Source: an uncultured Gammaproteobacteria bacterium (lineage in GTDB: Bacteria > Pseudomonadota > Gammaproteobacteria > UBA9214). Taken from it: a DNA stretch of 64,000 bases. This document shows positions 62,545 through 64,000 of the stretch, piece by piece. The notes below the pieces were generated by a model. The model worked only from the letters and a program-made list of their open reading frames with translations, was not told the origin of the DNA and did no database searches. The stretch spans positions 192,001 to 256,000 of the forward strand of contig CAVVHS010000007.1 of assembly GCA_963748215.1 (NCBI GenBank), written 5' to 3'. How positions within the stretch are numbered: position 1 is the first letter of the stretch; each line of letters starts with the position of its first letter. The position numbers and the translations under genes were made by a program.

Positions 62545-64000
62545 TCAGCCGGTATTTTCCTGGTAGATATGAACATCGCGCTGCGGGAACGGAATGGATA
62601 CATCTTCGGCATCGAAGCGGCGCTTCACTTCTCGCGTAATATCCCAGTAGACATTCCAGTAATCCTGAGGCTTGACCCAGGGGCGGCAAATGAAGTTGAC
62701 CGATGAGTCTGCAAGCTCGTGAAGCTTCACGATGGCTGCCGGCTCTTTCAGAACCAGCTGGTGTCCGTTGACAATCTCTTCCAGGATTTTCTGTGTCTTG
62801 TCGATATCATCGTTATAACCGATACCAAACACCATATCCACGCGGCGCTGTGAAATGCCTGTGATATTGGTAATGACGCCACCCCAGACTGAATTATTGG
62901 GAACGATAACAAGCTGGTTGTCAGGCGTTCTTAATTGTGTCGATAGCAGGTTCATTGACTCGACCTTGCCGAGAGTTCCCGCCACATTGATCGTGTCACC
63001 GGTATCAAACGGTCGATAAAGCAGCATCAGAATGCCGCTGGCAAAGTTGCTCAGTGAATTCTGCAAAGCAAACGCAATCACGAAGCCGGCGGCGCCGATG
63101 ATGGCGAGTACCGGCCCGATGTTGATTTCCAGTGCGGACAGTCCGACAAAGAAGCCAACGAACAATACCAGTCGACGCGCGCTCATCACCAGGAACTCGC
63201 TTAACAAAGACGAGAAGTTCTTCGACCTGGAAGCTGCCTTTCGTGCGGCCTTTCCGGCAACGATCGAGAGCAGATAAAACACGATCACGATAACAATAAA
63301 CTGGATAATGTTGACGGCCCACCGAAAGCCGCCTTCGGGCGACATCAGCCAGCCGGTGATCGTTGTCCATGTCGCGCCGGCATCGGTTACATCAACCTTG
63401 ATACCGGATACGGCCCTGATGTAACTGTCGTATTCTTCGGTATCGCCGCCCTTGGCTGTCAATTCAGCCAGAACAATATTAAACCGGTCGGTCAGTGCGG
63501 TTCTCTCTGCCATCAGGGCGGTGACGTGTTTGATCAGTGCAGTCTTGATATCTGCCTGAATTTCTTTTGTTGTCTCTGCAGTACCGACAGGCTGGCCTTC
63601 CTCCTTTGCCTTGCGTTCCACGGCCTTGATTGCTTCCTGCACCGAGCTGTCCTGAGACGATTTCGTCAACAGCGTCTTTCGCTTCCTGCAAGGCCTGTTC
63701 TGCGTTACGGGCAGCTTTCTGCGCCGCTTCAGGCTCGGCTTCGGTTGCGTTTTTTACATCCTCGAGCGTCGACTCGGCTTCACTGGCCTTTTTTATCTCT
63801 TGCTTCTTGTAGATGGCGGCCACTTCGGCGTTGCTGATTTCTGTTACCTTGTCCTTCAGCAACAGAAGCCATGCCTGTGCCTCAGCTTCCAGCTCGCATT
63901 TTGTCAGAGGTTTGACTCGATGGGACAGGACCTCCAGTGGCACCTTCACGTCCGTATTGGTGACCGCCTGGATGTCGGTGGGGCAGTCATTGGCAAAAGT
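62545..64000 (-). CDS. MscS family mechanosensitive channel with long N-terminal periplasmic region (5'-truncated by window; +1 frameshift near 63662)
   Basis: GF.IAFALQ.SLSNFASG, RPF..GD, T.D...V.VPN, RRVDM..GIGY, L.DSSVN, SIPFPQRD; upstream frame is open to the window edge. Confidence 0.85.

Overview
A GC-rich chromosomal window, probably from an environmental gammaproteobacterium (inferred from the VPLPA-CTERM protein, Slp lipoproteins and gene styles). It holds about 50 mostly single genes or short operons covering signalling, envelope, oxidative/nitrosative stress, transport and DNA repair. These are separated by a very dense, modular set of palindromic repeats: several REP families, GGGGTCAGA/GGGGACAGA-type inverted repeats, MITE-like elements and two remnants of a REP-associated tyrosine transposase (RAYT). 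Main highlights: (1) an intact archaeal-type DNA topoisomerase VI operon (top6B-top6A); (2) a SatD (nucleotide-cyclase fold + HTH) / membrane-protein pair whose promoter carries four palindromic boxes at exact 29-bp spacing, a candidate autoregulated nucleotide-signalling system; (3) an orphan, divergent ClpX-like ATPase and a NERD-Zn-ribbon gene sitting between truncated 5' remnants of lhr and an OYE/nemA-like gene; (4) a secreted protein with 20 x 48-bp Gly/Pro/Met repeats; (5) a rubrerythrin with a signal-like leader. Six genes carry single-base frameshifts that may be assembly errors. No rRNA, tRNA or CRISPR array was seen. All family assignments come from motif recognition by eye, not from database searches.
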